Shown one piece after another: positions 1 through 8,508 of a DNA stretch of 42,764 bases. Origin of the DNA: a virus. The number at the start of each line of letters is the position of its first letter. Position 1 is the first letter of the stretch. Location of the stretch: the IMG/VR virus record IMGVR_UViG_3300045988_053243; one strand, 5' to 3'. The translations under genes were made by a program, and so were the position numbers. Under the pieces are notes generated by a model. That model saw nothing but the letters and a program-made list of their open reading frames with translations. It had not been told where the DNA came from and did not search any database.

Positions 1-55
1 TTTTATCTGGTCCGAGTGACAGGATTCGAACCTGCGGCATCCTGCTCCCAAAGCA
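1..55. repeat. att core direct repeat, left copy (truncated by window edge)
   Basis: ttttatctggtccgagtgacaggattcgaacctgcggcatcctgctcccaaagca recurs exactly at 42710-42764. Confidence 0.9.
8..55 (-). pseudogene. Displaced 3' fragment of tRNA-Pro(UGG), the att-site duplicate
   Basis: The reverse complement reads tgc/TTTGGGA/gcagg/atgcc/GCAGG-TTCGAAT-CCTGT/CACTCGG/A/CCA. That gives an anticodon loop with UGG, a 5-nt variable loop, a T arm, the acceptor 3' strand, discriminator A and an encoded CCA. Bases 56-60 (phage side) break the anticodon stem and no 5' half follows. Confidence 0.65.
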
Positions 56-113
56 TAGAACCACGCGCAAAAAGTCAAGCTATATCTGACGATTTCGGCA
101 TCGTGTTTTACGC

Positions 114-165
114 ACTCCCACATCCAGTCCCACACTACTTTGTTTATTGTAACACAGTCCCACAC
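114..165 (+). promoter_or_regulatory. Three same-orientation copies of (A)GTCCCACA, candidate integrase arm-type sites (left arm)
   Basis: actcccacat at 114-123, agtcccacac at 126-135 and agtcccacac at 156-165. The same motif occurs twice next to the integrase stop (42559-42578). Confidence 0.45.
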
Positions 166-176
166 CCAACACAAGC

Positions 177-203
177 AAAAAAGAGAGGGCGGAAGCCCCC
201 TCT
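177..203 (-). terminator. Intrinsic terminator after the last prophage gene
   Basis: On the minus strand: agaggg/ggcttccg/ccctct followed by cttttttg, directly after the stop at 209. Confidence 0.7.
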
Positions 204-208
204 TTTCG

Positions 209-910
209 TCAATGCTTCACGACATATTTGTAATATGCCGCTTCCTTATCCTTTACTGCGTCCTTGTCGTTCAGCCAAAAAGCGCAGGCTGAGTCTGCAT
301 AAAAATCAATGCTGCGCATACCGTGCTTTTCGTTTACGGCGCAACGGTCAGAGTATTCGGCATTCATTGCAACCCAGAATTCAACCGGGTCACAGTCAAG
401 GCCGCGCTGCTGCATTACCTGCTTGCACTGTTCAAAAGTCCAGTGTGGGCCGGTCGTGCCATCAGCATTCTGCATGCTGTGAAGCCATTCCTCCGCCATG
501 CTCTTAGTCATGCGTCCTGCGTTTGCGCTTGCTGCATACCCCATAGAGCGCTCAGAGCCGCGCGTCTTGTCCCCTACGAACGAGGTATCACCCATATAAG
601 CGTCATCATCGCGAAAGCCAATAGGGCGCATCTCATCCTCGTAATCGGGGTACTCGTCATACCTCGGCCATGCGACACTGTTCTTAGGCGCAAAGCGTCC
701 GTCAGAATAGCGGCGGTAACTACGCATTTCCGGTTCGCCGCCGTGAATGCGCTCGTCATAGTAATCATGCGGGTCCATGTTGCCGTAATGATACCGCACG
801 CCGTAATGGTGACGATCTTCGGGATACATCTTGCGGATTCTCCATTCCTCCGGCGAAGCATTCTCTCGGCGGGTGTGCTGCATCAACAGCATTCGGGTTC
901 CTCGTTTCAT
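209..910 (-). CDS. Hypothetical cargo protein (H/Y/D/R-rich N half, globular-looking C half)
   Basis: 233-aa ORF with RBS aaggggg upstream of ATG 910. It is the last gene before the att repeat. No family recognised. Confidence 0.7.
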   Translation of the reverse strand: MKRGTRMLLMQHTRRENASPEEWRIRKMYPEDRHHYGVRYHYGNMDPHDYYDERIHGGEPEMRSYRRYSDGRFAPKNSVAWPRYDEYPDYEDEMRPIGFRDDDAYMGDTSFVGDKTRGSERSMGYAASANAGRMTKSMAEEWLHSMQNADGTTGPHWTFEQCKQVMQQRGLDCDPVEFWVAMNAEYSDRCAVNEKHGMRSIDFYADSACAFWLNDKDAVKDKEAAYYKYVVKH

Positions 911-922
911 GATGATACCCCC

Positions 923-1264
923 TTATGCCGTCGGCGCTGTGCCGTTAATAGACCGCAGCGCGTCAGAATGAGAGCAGCAGGAATTACCGAGCATTCGGAA
1001 ACTGCCGCCGCTGGACGAAGTGACAACGCGACACAGGTATTTGTGACGGGTGTCCAGATTAAACACTGTCGCCTGAGCGCCGTTGCATTTCAGCAGCGGA
1101 TATGTTACCGTTCCGTCGCCAATCGTGATGACCACCGGCGCGCCGATGATCGTCGTACTCGGGATGTTCTGCGCGATGACGATACCGTATACGCAGCCGT
1201 TCTGGTAGTCCCCTGCCGGAATATTTACCGTCAGTACGCCGCTTGCGTAGGTCACGCTCTGTGA
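923..1264 (-). CDS. Body of a beta-rich Cys-containing cargo protein without its own start (fragment; see inversion finding)
   Basis: The frame is protein-like only from 1264 downward (SQSVTYASGVLTVNIPAGDYQNG...CCSHSDALRSINGTAPTA). The upper part of ORF-track frame 923..1639 is antisense of the 1265-1870 frame. No ATG/GTG with an RBS lies near 1264. Confidence 0.55.
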   Translation of the reverse strand, partial: SQSVTYASGVLTVNIPAGDYQNGCVYGIVIAQNIPSTTIIGAPVVITIGDGTVTYPLLKCNGAQATVFNLDTRHKYLCRVVTSSSGGSFRMLGNSCCSHSDALRSINGTAPTA

Positions 1265-1870
1265 GATACGCACAGTGAGTTCAACTTCAACAACCTGTCC
1301 CGTTCCGTTCTCGGCATTCAGGACGGATTGTGCAACGGCTTTTACGCCATGAACAACGGTATGCTTACCGGCTTCAACACGCTCGGCAGCGCAGTTTCTA
1401 ACGGCTTCCACGGCGTAGACAATTCGGTATGCCAGCTCGGCTATCAGAATGCCCAGCTTATCAACGGCGTAAACACCAACATGAACAACGGCTTTAACGG
1501 CGTGACCGCTGGTCTTACGGCACTCGGCACGCAGATGTCCACCTGCTGCTGCGATACGCAGCGCCAGATCGAGCGCGGTTTCTGCGACACCAACTACAAT
1601 GCCGCTACCAACGCACGCGACATTATCCAGACGGCGCACAACGACACCGACCGCATTATTGCACGCCTTGACCAGATGGAGAACACCCGTCAGCAGGAGA
1701 AGATTGCGGCGCTTCAGAACGAGAACCAGACCTTGAAGTTCGCGGCTTCTCAGGAGGCACAGAACAACTATCTGGTTCAGACACTCCGCCCGGCTCCCGT
1801 TCCGGCGTTCCCGGTTCCGGCACCTTACCAGTTTTCCGGCTGCGGCTGCAACACTTGCTGCGGCATGTGA
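1265..1870 (+). CDS. C-terminal about 200 aa of an N/Q/G-rich, Cys-cluster protein, lying inverted relative to its N-terminal piece (fragment)
   Basis: The frame is open from 1265 (stop tga at 1262-1264), yet the first start codon is ttg at 1328 and it has no RBS. The sequence reads DTHSEFNFNNLSRSVLGIQDGLCNGFYAMNNG...TCCCDT...coiled-coil...GCGCNTCCGM. Confidence 0.6.
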   Translation, partial: DTHSEFNFNNLSRSVLGIQDGLCNGFYAMNNGMLTGFNTLGSAVSNGFHGVDNSVCQLGYQNAQLINGVNTNMNNGFNGVTAGLTALGTQMSTCCCDTQRQIERGFCDTNYNAATNARDIIQTAHNDTDRIIARLDQMENTRQQEKIAALQNENQTLKFAASQEAQNNYLVQTLRPAPVPAFPVPAPYQFSGCGCNTCCGM

Positions 1871-1923
1871 GAGATACGTTCAGCCGGGGGACATTCCCCC
1901 GGCTTTGATAGGAGGTTTTGATT

Positions 1924-1965
1924 ATGGCTTGCAAGCCTGTACAGAAACTTTGTCCGAACCTGCGG
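1924..1965 (+). CDS. Orphan RBS + ATG + 14 codons (MACKPVQKLCPNLR), the presumed 5' end of the 923-1264 gene (fragment)
   Basis: aggagg at 1910-1915 lies 8 nt before ATG 1924. After codon 14 the frame runs into the antisense of 1966-2172. It joins in frame to 1264 if 1265-1965 is flipped. Confidence 0.5.
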
Positions 1966-2172
1966 GTCAGAACGAGTTACCGCGCCCTGATAGCCTGCGC
2001 CGTTGCCGCCGTTACCGCCCCAGTTGCCCCAGCCGTTACCGCCGAAGATGAGCGCGATAATCAGAAACGCGAAAATCCACGAGCCGTTACCGCCCCACAT
2101 GCCGTCATTGCCGCCGCCGTTGTTGCTGTCCTGCCCCAGTGCATAGCCCAGAGCCATAGAGTCATCACTCAT
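1966..2172 (-). CDS. N-terminal Gly/Asn-rich single-TM piece of the 1265-1870 protein (fragment; ORF-track frame continues to 1825 as a non-protein-like tail)
   Basis: RBS aaaggag precedes ATG 2172. The sequence is MSDDSMALGYALGQDSNNGGGNDGMWGGNGSWIFAFLIIALIFGGNGWGNWGGNGGNGAGYQGAVTRSD. Confidence 0.6.
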
Positions 2173-2280
2173 TATAAATTCTCCTTTTCAGTTTATTTTG
2201 AACGGAGCCGCGCGAACTCCGAACATGACAAAATCACGTCGGTTTTTCGTCAAGACCCGTCAAAACTGAAAAGAAGTTAT

Positions 2281-2502
2281 TTACTTGATCTTCATGCCGA
2301 ACTGCTGTGCAAACTGATCGAGGTCGATTCCCCGCTCTTTGGCAATGTTCATCGCCATCTGCCGCAGCGCGTCCGGACCTTTGCCCTGCATACTCTGCAT
2401 CAGCTGACCGACCATCGGATTATTGCCTGTCATCTGCTGCAAAAGCGCCGTCGGGTTTCCGCCGTGCTGCATCAGCTGCAAAACCTGCATCATATTCATC
2501 AT
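2281..2502 (-). CDS. Hypothetical M/Q-rich small protein
   Basis: 73-aa ORF whose start overlaps the stop of the upstream gene. Confidence 0.6.
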   Translation of the reverse strand: MMNMMQVLQLMQHGGNPTALLQQMTGNNPMVGQLMQSMQGKGPDALRQMAMNIAKERGIDLDQFAQQFGMKIK

Positions 2503-2858
2503 GCCTCATTGCCTCCCAGCTTGTCGCACAAGGTGTTGAACCGTGCTTTCAGTTCGTCAAACTCGCTTCTCGGAACGAACTTTGACAAATCCGTTTCCGA
2601 GGGTTTATTTGTTTCCTGCATCTGCACCCGGCTGTATGCCGCGAAATCCGCGCAGCCGGTTTGAAGGTTGAGCTGCTTTGTGTAGATATAGCCGTGCGCC
2701 GTGTCCGGCATGATGGTCAAAGCGCCCGAAAAATCGGTCTGAACCGCTCTTGCCTCCTCGACGCTTGCCACCGGACGCACAATATGTTGTGGGTACTGCG
2801 GCATCTGGACATTCTGTTGTGGATACTGCTGTGGATACTGTGGATAACCGTAAGCCAT
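2499..2858 (-). CDS. Hypothetical protein with a Q/P/Y-rich N terminus
   Basis: 119-aa ORF. Its start overlaps the upstream stop in a TAATG arrangement. Confidence 0.65.
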   Translation of the reverse strand: MAYGYPQYPQQYPQQNVQMPQYPQHIVRPVASVEEARAVQTDFSGALTIMPDTAHGYIYTKQLNLQTGCADFAAYSRVQMQETNKPSETDLSKFVPRSEFDELKARFNTLCDKLGGNEA

Positions 2859-3013
2859 TATCCGTGCACCTCCGTTTCGTGAAGGGAGCGCTCCTTGTAG
2901 GCAAGGTACTCGTCGAGATACTTTGTGTTCCCCGCCTCGCGGTAGTCCTCAGCAATGCGCCGCGCACACTGCTTGTCGTAGCCGATACGTTCCAGTCTTT
3001 GTTCGTAGCTCAT
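2858..3013 (-). CDS. Hypothetical small protein (51 aa)
   Basis: Hand-translated as MSYEQRLERIGYDKQCARRIAEDYREAGNTKYLDEYLAYKERSLHETEVHG. It is below the ORF-track size cutoff and its stop overlaps the next start. Confidence 0.5.
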   Translation of the reverse strand: MSYEQRLERIGYDKQCARRIAEDYREAGNTKYLDEYLAYKERSLHETEVHG

Positions 3014-3069
3014 GCTTTATCGCCCCTCTCTATGCGTCTATTATAGCGCATCGGAAGCGCGAAAACCTG

Positions 3070-3270
3070 TCACAAAACTTTCAGTATTTTCCGTTTGATG
3101 TTCCGCAGACGGCGGTAAACCGTTGCCTCGCTCATATGCAGCGTGTCAGCAATCTGAATAACAGAACGCGCCGTAACTCGTAGATCGAATACGGCGCGTT
3201 CCTCGTCTGTAAAATTGCATTCACGCCGGAGGTATTCCACCTCCGGTCTTGTAAACTCCGTTAATTTCAT
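3070..3270 (-). CDS. Small sigma-70 region-4-like HTH regulator
   Basis: 66 aa. The segment SVIQIADTLHMSEATVYRRLRNIKRKI is a region-4/LuxR-type HTH pattern. It is the first gene after the lysis cassette. Confidence 0.6.
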   Translation of the reverse strand: MKLTEFTRPEVEYLRRECNFTDEERAVFDLRVTARSVIQIADTLHMSEATVYRRLRNIKRKILKVL

Positions 3271-3324
3271 GCGGTTATCCCCTTGTTATGGTGTCACCGC
3301 ATATCTTTCCCCTCGTTTTTTCTC

Positions 3325-4056
3325 TTAGCCGTACAGGTGTGCCCTGTCGTTAATCACCAGAATGCGCATCAGGCTTTCGGTCAGTGCAAGGTTGCCGTTC
3401 TCGTCGCCCTGCAAAAAGCCCTTGTTTACGAGCTTCTGCACGGTCTCCTGTGCCCACTGCGGGCACTCCTTCGGCCTGTTGTAAACCTTCTCCGCCGCGC
3501 TCCTGATCTCCTGCTTTGCGATTGCGCGGGTCTGTGCTTCCGTCATATCTTCAACCTCTTTCTCTGTCAGCATGGTTTTGAATTTCTGCCACAGCTGCGG
3601 ATTTCTCACCCACGGTTCCGGGCAATCCTTGTGCGTCACATCGTAGTGACGGCACACGCGCGATACCGGCACATGGTACTTTGCCATCAGCTCACGGGTC
3701 AGCTTTGCGGCGCGCTTCATGGTTTCCTCAGGGATAACGTACACGCCGTTTCGGATAACGCTGCACATCTCAATGCCGATGGAATTAGCGTTCCGGCAGT
3801 CGTTGTAGTAACTGCCGCCGCGTTCCCTGCCGCAATGCCATGCCGTGTCCGTGTCCTTCACACTCTGGTAAATCTCGTTCGGGTCTACAAAGTAGTGTGC
3901 ACTTGCCCGCAGATTTGCGTTGTTCGCGAAGTAATCCGCGTTGTTCTTTGCCGTATCGCCGTTGTTCGAGGTGAAATGCAGAACAATCCAGTGCACGGGA
4001 AACTCTCTGCCCTTGCGGTAGTTACTCGGGTTACAGCCCTTAAAAGTGATTTTCAC
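3325..4056 (-). CDS. Endolysin: N-acetylmuramoyl-L-alanine amidase (Amidase_2/PGRP type) with a C-terminal SLH-like wall-binding motif
   Basis: Catalytic-domain signatures include HWIVLHFTSN, AHYFVD, WHCG and NSIGIEMC. The C-terminal segment is PQWAQETVQKLVNKGFLQGDENGNL. It sits immediately downstream of the holin. Confidence 0.85.
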   Translation of the reverse strand: MKITFKGCNPSNYRKGREFPVHWIVLHFTSNNGDTAKNNADYFANNANLRASAHYFVDPNEIYQSVKDTDTAWHCGRERGGSYYNDCRNANSIGIEMCSVIRNGVYVIPEETMKRAAKLTRELMAKYHVPVSRVCRHYDVTHKDCPEPWVRNPQLWQKFKTMLTEKEVEDMTEAQTRAIAKQEIRSAAEKVYNRPKECPQWAQETVQKLVNKGFLQGDENGNLALTESLMRILVINDRAHLYG

Positions 4057-4514
4057 TGTTCATCATCTCCGATTTTGTCCACCGCGTCCTTTGCGGCGGA
4101 AAGTGCCTTTTGCAGCCACGCCGGAACAGGCGCACCGAGGGAAACCGCGTTCTCCACGATAGAGCCGAGTTCCGTCAGTGTGTACCAGACCACCACCAGA
4201 GGGCACAGCAGAACCGTATATTCGAACGGCAGCGTCACGCCCGGCAGATGGTCACAAACCATGCCAATCAGCAAGTCCGCGCCGCCTGCGACTGCAACCA
4301 CTACGATAGAACCGACTTTGTGAAAAATGCCGTCCCTTGCTGCCTTGCTCGACCACTTGCCTTTCTGCATTGCCGCCGCAGTGCCCGTCAGGTAGTCCGC
4401 CGCCATTGCCACGACAAACAGCACGACAAGCCAGCCAAACCACCCCCACAGGGCGGTAAGAACGGCAATGCAAGCGGTAACAGCCGCCTTAAATTTGTTT
4501 ACATTATCCATCAT
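4053..4514 (-). CDS. Holin
   Basis: 153 aa with several hydrophobic helices and a charged C terminus. Its stop overlaps the endolysin start. Confidence 0.75.
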   Translation of the reverse strand: MMDNVNKFKAAVTACIAVLTALWGWFGWLVVLFVVAMAADYLTGTAAAMQKGKWSSKAARDGIFHKVGSIVVVAVAGGADLLIGMVCDHLPGVTLPFEYTVLLCPLVVVWYTLTELGSIVENAVSLGAPVPAWLQKALSAAKDAVDKIGDDEQ

Positions 4515-4678
4515 CTGTCTCTCTTTCTGTTGTAACGGTATTCCAGATATTGTTCTGTCAGCTCACGTTGACGCATTACCTCGCGCACCTTTGGATTATC
4601 CTCGCGCTGTGGAATACGCTTCGGAAAAACCTCGTCGACGATCATGTTCGGTGCAGCGGTGTTTTCTGCGCCCTTCAT
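4511..4678 (-). CDS. Hypothetical small protein (55 aa)
   Basis: Hand-translated as MKGAENTAAPNMIVDEVFPKRIPQREDNPKVREVMRQRELTEQYLEYRYNRKRDR. RBS ggaggtg precedes it and its stop overlaps the holin start. Confidence 0.5.
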   Translation of the reverse strand: MKGAENTAAPNMIVDEVFPKRIPQREDNPKVREVMRQRELTEQYLEYRYNRKRDR

Positions 4679-4679
4679 G

Positions 4680-4823
4680 TTACACCTCCTGCTTGAGCAT
4701 TTCGGTCAGCGTGTTGTACTCGCTTTCGGTGAGCTTGCCTGCTGCAAAAAAGATGTCGATCTTGTCTGCAAGGCCGTCGGTCTGGTTCTTCTCGATCATG
4801 CGCTTCAAAGTACGAAATAACAT
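4680..4823 (-). CDS. XkdX-like small protein (47 aa)
   Basis: MLFRTLKRMIEKNQTDGLADKIDIFFAAGKLTESEYNTLTEMLKQEV with RBS aaaggag. The position between tail fibre genes and holin is typical of the XkdX family. Confidence 0.55.
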   Translation of the reverse strand: MLFRTLKRMIEKNQTDGLADKIDIFFAAGKLTESEYNTLTEMLKQEV

Positions 4824-4837
4824 TGTGTTTGCTCCTT

Positions 4838-5194
4838 TCATTCGTTGAGACCCAGTTCAAGCAGGGTTAACCTGTATTCGTGGTCTACCATCATAGCGTT
4901 TGTATCGTCCTCTGCGGTTGGCTCAGGTTTAGGCAACGCCGCCTTATCCGCCTCGATTTCCTCGGTAGTGCGCTCTACCACCTTGCCGGCTACCAGTTTG
5001 TAGCGAAGCACTGCGCCGTCGTAGAGCGGGTTATCGAGATAATGACTCTGAGCGAGCGCGTACTTGTCTCCATAGCCTTCATCGATTTTAATCCAACCGG
5101 TGAGATCAGCCGGGAGAGAATACTCTCCCTCAAGCCGCAGCACACGGCTTTCACTGTCCAGAAGGACGTATACACGGGATTTAGGGGTTTGCAT
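4838..5194 (-). CDS. Hypothetical tail-associated protein (XkdW-like position)
   Basis: 118-aa ORF with a strong RBS (aaggaggtg), downstream of the fibre gene. Confidence 0.6.
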   Translation of the reverse strand: MQTPKSRVYVLLDSESRVLRLEGEYSLPADLTGWIKIDEGYGDKYALAQSHYLDNPLYDGAVLRYKLVAGKVVERTTEEIEADKAALPKPEPTAEDDTNAMMVDHEYRLTLLELGLNE

Positions 5195-5208
5195 GGTGTG
5201 TCACCTCC

Positions 5209-6366
5209 TTATAGGTCTTTGGAAATACTGAAATGCGCATCCTGCCAAACACAAGGACCCACTGGCATAGTTTCAGTCGAAGACACAGAACAAAGTAAAT
5301 AACTGTCAGCTTCTACAACGCATTGAGCATTGTTAACAACATGGAAAGCTCCATCCTTATCAACAACATTGCCATACTTAGAAATAGCTAGGATAGGCAC
5401 AGCGGATGATTGACGCATAGTAACAGGAATTGGAACAACGCAATAAGCTGTGTTATTCCCTGAGACGCGTCCAGGCGCATCTCTCTGCATATCGCCGAGA
5501 TGATACCTCTGACATCTCCTCAGCTGCTCCCCGAAATCAGGGATTTCGTTAAGTATCCAGTTACCAGAAGAATCCTGATGAGCAAGGGTCTGCGTGTTGC
5601 CAAGTTCGAGCTTGGCGGCGATGGGAATGGAAGTTTTCCCAACGTTTGTCTGAATGCCAAAGTCTTGATTTCGAGTTGTTTCTTTTGCGACAAAAGTAAT
5701 CGTATACAATCCTTTATCGCCGTCAAAAACAGAACCATAGTCAAGGATGTAAACCTGACGTACACCGCCATTGTCCTCTGCTAAAAAAGAAAAAGTGTAA
5801 GTTCGTCCTACAATGAGTTTGCTTGTTTCGATAATTTCATATAAGTTTTTCCAAGAGCCGTCATTACCCGAAACCAAACTAACGCCAGCATCAGAAACGT
5901 TCACCGTAAAAGTTCCATCGTATCCGGTACGCCACCTATCCACCGTATACCCAGCCGCGCAGTAGCCGGGGACTTGCACAGATTTACCGACAATATAATT
6001 TGTACCGTTCACATTGATGAGAGGGTCTTGTCCGATGTATCCGATAACCGGATAAGCCTTGTCGGTTGTTCCGGCTTCTGTCCACGAAAGAGTGCTGTAT
6101 TTTACACCCGCCGGAATATAGTACCCGCTTTTCTGGTTCACTGGATTGCCAAAATACCAGTTGTCGAGCAGGTTTGGATTTGTGCGATATTTTAAGGCGC
6201 CAGAAATCAGTGTCGAATCCTCAGCGCTGACCGGAATGGTATCGCCTCGGATTTCGAGCTTCTTCCTCAGTTCAGCAGGCGTAGATGCACCGGAGATAAT
6301 TTGCGCCGCTCTCAGCGCAGCGTCGATTTCTTCGCCGCTAAACTGTGATATATAAGTATCAGGCAT
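5209..6366 (-). CDS. Tail fibre / receptor-binding protein
   Basis: 385 aa in the last large tail-gene position, beta-rich in composition. Its N terminus directly abuts the upstream tail gene. Confidence 0.6.
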   Translation of the reverse strand: MPDTYISQFSGEEIDAALRAAQIISGASTPAELRKKLEIRGDTIPVSAEDSTLISGALKYRTNPNLLDNWYFGNPVNQKSGYYIPAGVKYSTLSWTEAGTTDKAYPVIGYIGQDPLINVNGTNYIVGKSVQVPGYCAAGYTVDRWRTGYDGTFTVNVSDAGVSLVSGNDGSWKNLYEIIETSKLIVGRTYTFSFLAEDNGGVRQVYILDYGSVFDGDKGLYTITFVAKETTRNQDFGIQTNVGKTSIPIAAKLELGNTQTLAHQDSSGNWILNEIPDFGEQLRRCQRYHLGDMQRDAPGRVSGNNTAYCVVPIPVTMRQSSAVPILAISKYGNVVDKDGAFHVVNNAQCVVEADSYLLCSVSSTETMPVGPCVWQDAHFSISKDL

Positions 6367-8505
6367 TTACACAACCACCTTTCTTGTGAATTTCTCATTA
6401 AAGCCTTTGCCGTCACGGGTGACAAACCGTCCGGCAGAGCTTGCACGGTATATGCGGTAATAGATGAGTACGCAGCCGGGTGCACCGTCGCCGCCGTTGG
6501 AGCCGTTGCCGCCAGAACCGCCGGAATGGCTCCGCGTGGACACAGCTTGCGTCAATCCGCCGCCGCCTCCTCGTCCGCCTCCGTGACCTCCGCCACCGCC
6601 GCAGCCGAGCATGGTCGGCGTGTTCGGAATGATAGTTGCGTTGCCGCCAGAGCCGCCCGCGCCGCCTTTTGCGAGCCATCCGTAGCCTTGATACTCCGTT
6701 ATATCGAAATGCGTCCATTCCAAGCGTCCGACATTGCCATCTCCTCCTGTGTTGCCCATAGCGGCACCGCCACCGCCACCGCCGCCAGAAACGCCAATCT
6801 GACCGTCGTATTTAGACCCGCTGCCGCTTGCGCCCTTGCCACCTGCGTAGCCGAGGGCGTTTCCTCCGTCTTTGCCTGCACGAACCTTGCTATCATCGCT
6901 TGTATAGTTTGCTTCGCCGCCGTTGCCTCCATCTCCGCCCTTAATGCCGTCGTCTCCGACTTGAGCGTAAAACTGGTTGTTGACCGGGTCTGCAAAACCA
7001 ATATCAGAAGATGAGCCGTTTTCAGAGGATAGCGAGCCGAATTTTGTTTGCACGCCAGACGTACCGGCTACGCTGTCGCCTGCGGAATATACGCCGCCTT
7101 TACCGCCTGCACCGATTTGCACCGCGTAATTCGTTCCGGGCGTAACATTCATTTCGACGCTGTAAACCTTTCCGCCCATGCCGCCTGCGCCTGCTATGCC
7201 GCCTTTGCCGCCTGCGCCGCCGTTGTACACGTTCTTGCCATCTTCGCCCTCACATCCGCTCGAACCGCCAGACCCTCCCCCAATCAGCACTACACGAATA
7301 CTCGTCACATTCTCCGGCACCGTCCAAGTGCCGCTCTCCGTAAGCACTTCGACGGTATCGTAATATTCCTGTACACCAATGTCCGGCGGAAAATAATCAA
7401 TCAGCACACTTTCCTCTGCTGCGAGTTTACCGGACACCGTAATATCCGCACTTTCAATGCAGCCGGAGACTGTACCGCCGTAAGGATGCGCAATCTTCAC
7501 TACATCACCGGGGATTTCGCGTTTGGTTGCAATTTTGTAATTGATGCGTTCGTTGTGGCTGTAATACTCGGCAAGGCGTTCTGCGACTGCTGTTGCGTTC
7601 ACGAGAGACACGAGCGTTGCGTTCTCTACCTTAACCGTATTGTCGGACTGCGTAACGAGTTCGCGTGTTTTCGGTTTAATCTGCTGCATTACCTGCCGGG
7701 TAACGTGTGTGTACTTTTTGCCCATCAGCACGCCCGAACCTGCCGAAACCGTTGCCCAGTTTGCGCCGCTTGCAAGGATGGAAAAACCAGATGCCGCAAG
7801 ATCGTAACATGGTTCGTCGAAGGTGATTTTGTCGCCTGCCGACGTTGTGCCCTTGAAAAGCTCCGTCGTTTCCGTTGCGCTCTGCGAATAGGCGTGCTCG
7901 GTTACGATTACCTCGGTAACAGGCGTTGCGTAATCAACCGTACCGCTTGCATAGATTTCGCCTGCGTCGATTGCGCTCGCCTCGCCGCTCCACAGACCTT
8001 CAATGCGAATTGCACCGTCAAAGTCAACCTTGAACGTTGCACCAATCGCGAAAAGCACCTGCGTGAGGTTTTCACGCCGTGTTGCGATAGGAAGCCAACC
8101 GTAGAGCTTGATGTTCTGCAAGTTCGTTTTGGTATAAACCGTCAGCGGATAGCATATATCTTCACAGACTTCTTTTACCGTCTCGCCTGTGTAAATGCCG
8201 CCGTCGTGGTAGGTCTCGTCAAGCAGACCGACGGTAGACGTGCACGCGAAGTGATAAGTATTGATGGATGTCCGGCTGACTTTCTGCACGTAGAAAATGC
8301 CCATCTGTTCATCATCATGGAAAAAGGTCAAAGGCGTGTTGCGGATAAAATCGGTGAGAGAGGTGTCATCGCTGTCGATGTCAAAGCCGAATGTGTCAAT
8401 TTCCTGCGACGCAGCAATCAGGGAACGCGCTTGATACAAGTTCCCCGATGTAACGTCTGTCGCCGAAAATTCTTTGTCCAGGTAAATGATTTTGTTTGTT
8501 CCCAT
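6367..8505 (-). CDS. Tail-associated (Tal-position) protein with a C-terminal glycine-rich domain
   Basis: 712 aa, located after the TMP and a Dit-like gene. The C-terminal roughly 300 aa is rich in GGxGG runs, for example GGGSGGSSG, GGAGGKGGIAGAGGMGG and GGGGGGGAAMG. Confidence 0.65.
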   Translation of the reverse strand: MGTNKIIYLDKEFSATDVTSGNLYQARSLIAASQEIDTFGFDIDSDDTSLTDFIRNTPLTFFHDDEQMGIFYVQKVSRTSINTYHFACTSTVGLLDETYHDGGIYTGETVKEVCEDICYPLTVYTKTNLQNIKLYGWLPIATRRENLTQVLFAIGATFKVDFDGAIRIEGLWSGEASAIDAGEIYASGTVDYATPVTEVIVTEHAYSQSATETTELFKGTTSAGDKITFDEPCYDLAASGFSILASGANWATVSAGSGVLMGKKYTHVTRQVMQQIKPKTRELVTQSDNTVKVENATLVSLVNATAVAERLAEYYSHNERINYKIATKREIPGDVVKIAHPYGGTVSGCIESADITVSGKLAAEESVLIDYFPPDIGVQEYYDTVEVLTESGTWTVPENVTSIRVVLIGGGSGGSSGCEGEDGKNVYNGGAGGKGGIAGAGGMGGKVYSVEMNVTPGTNYAVQIGAGGKGGVYSAGDSVAGTSGVQTKFGSLSSENGSSSDIGFADPVNNQFYAQVGDDGIKGGDGGNGGEANYTSDDSKVRAGKDGGNALGYAGGKGASGSGSKYDGQIGVSGGGGGGGAAMGNTGGDGNVGRLEWTHFDITEYQGYGWLAKGGAGGSGGNATIIPNTPTMLGCGGGGGHGGGRGGGGGLTQAVSTRSHSGGSGGNGSNGGDGAPGCVLIYYRIYRASSAGRFVTRDGKGFNEKFTRKVVV

Positions 8506-8508
8506 GTG

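Noticed and set aside
8-84. Left-hand tRNA copy as a functional tRNA gene
   Set aside because: Only the 3' 48 nt match tRNA structure. Bases beyond 55 break the anticodon stem, and no D arm or acceptor 5' strand (CCGAGTG) follows.
923-1639. Taking the full 238-aa minus ORF 923..1639 at face value as one gene
   Set aside because: Its N-terminal roughly 125 aa is A/V/R-rich antisense-type sequence exactly opposite the protein-like plus frame 1265-1870. Only the part below 1264 looks genuine.
5209-8505. Diversity-generating retroelement targeting the tail fibre
   Set aside because: No reverse transcriptase ORF occurs anywhere in the window, and I noticed no template/variable repeat pair.
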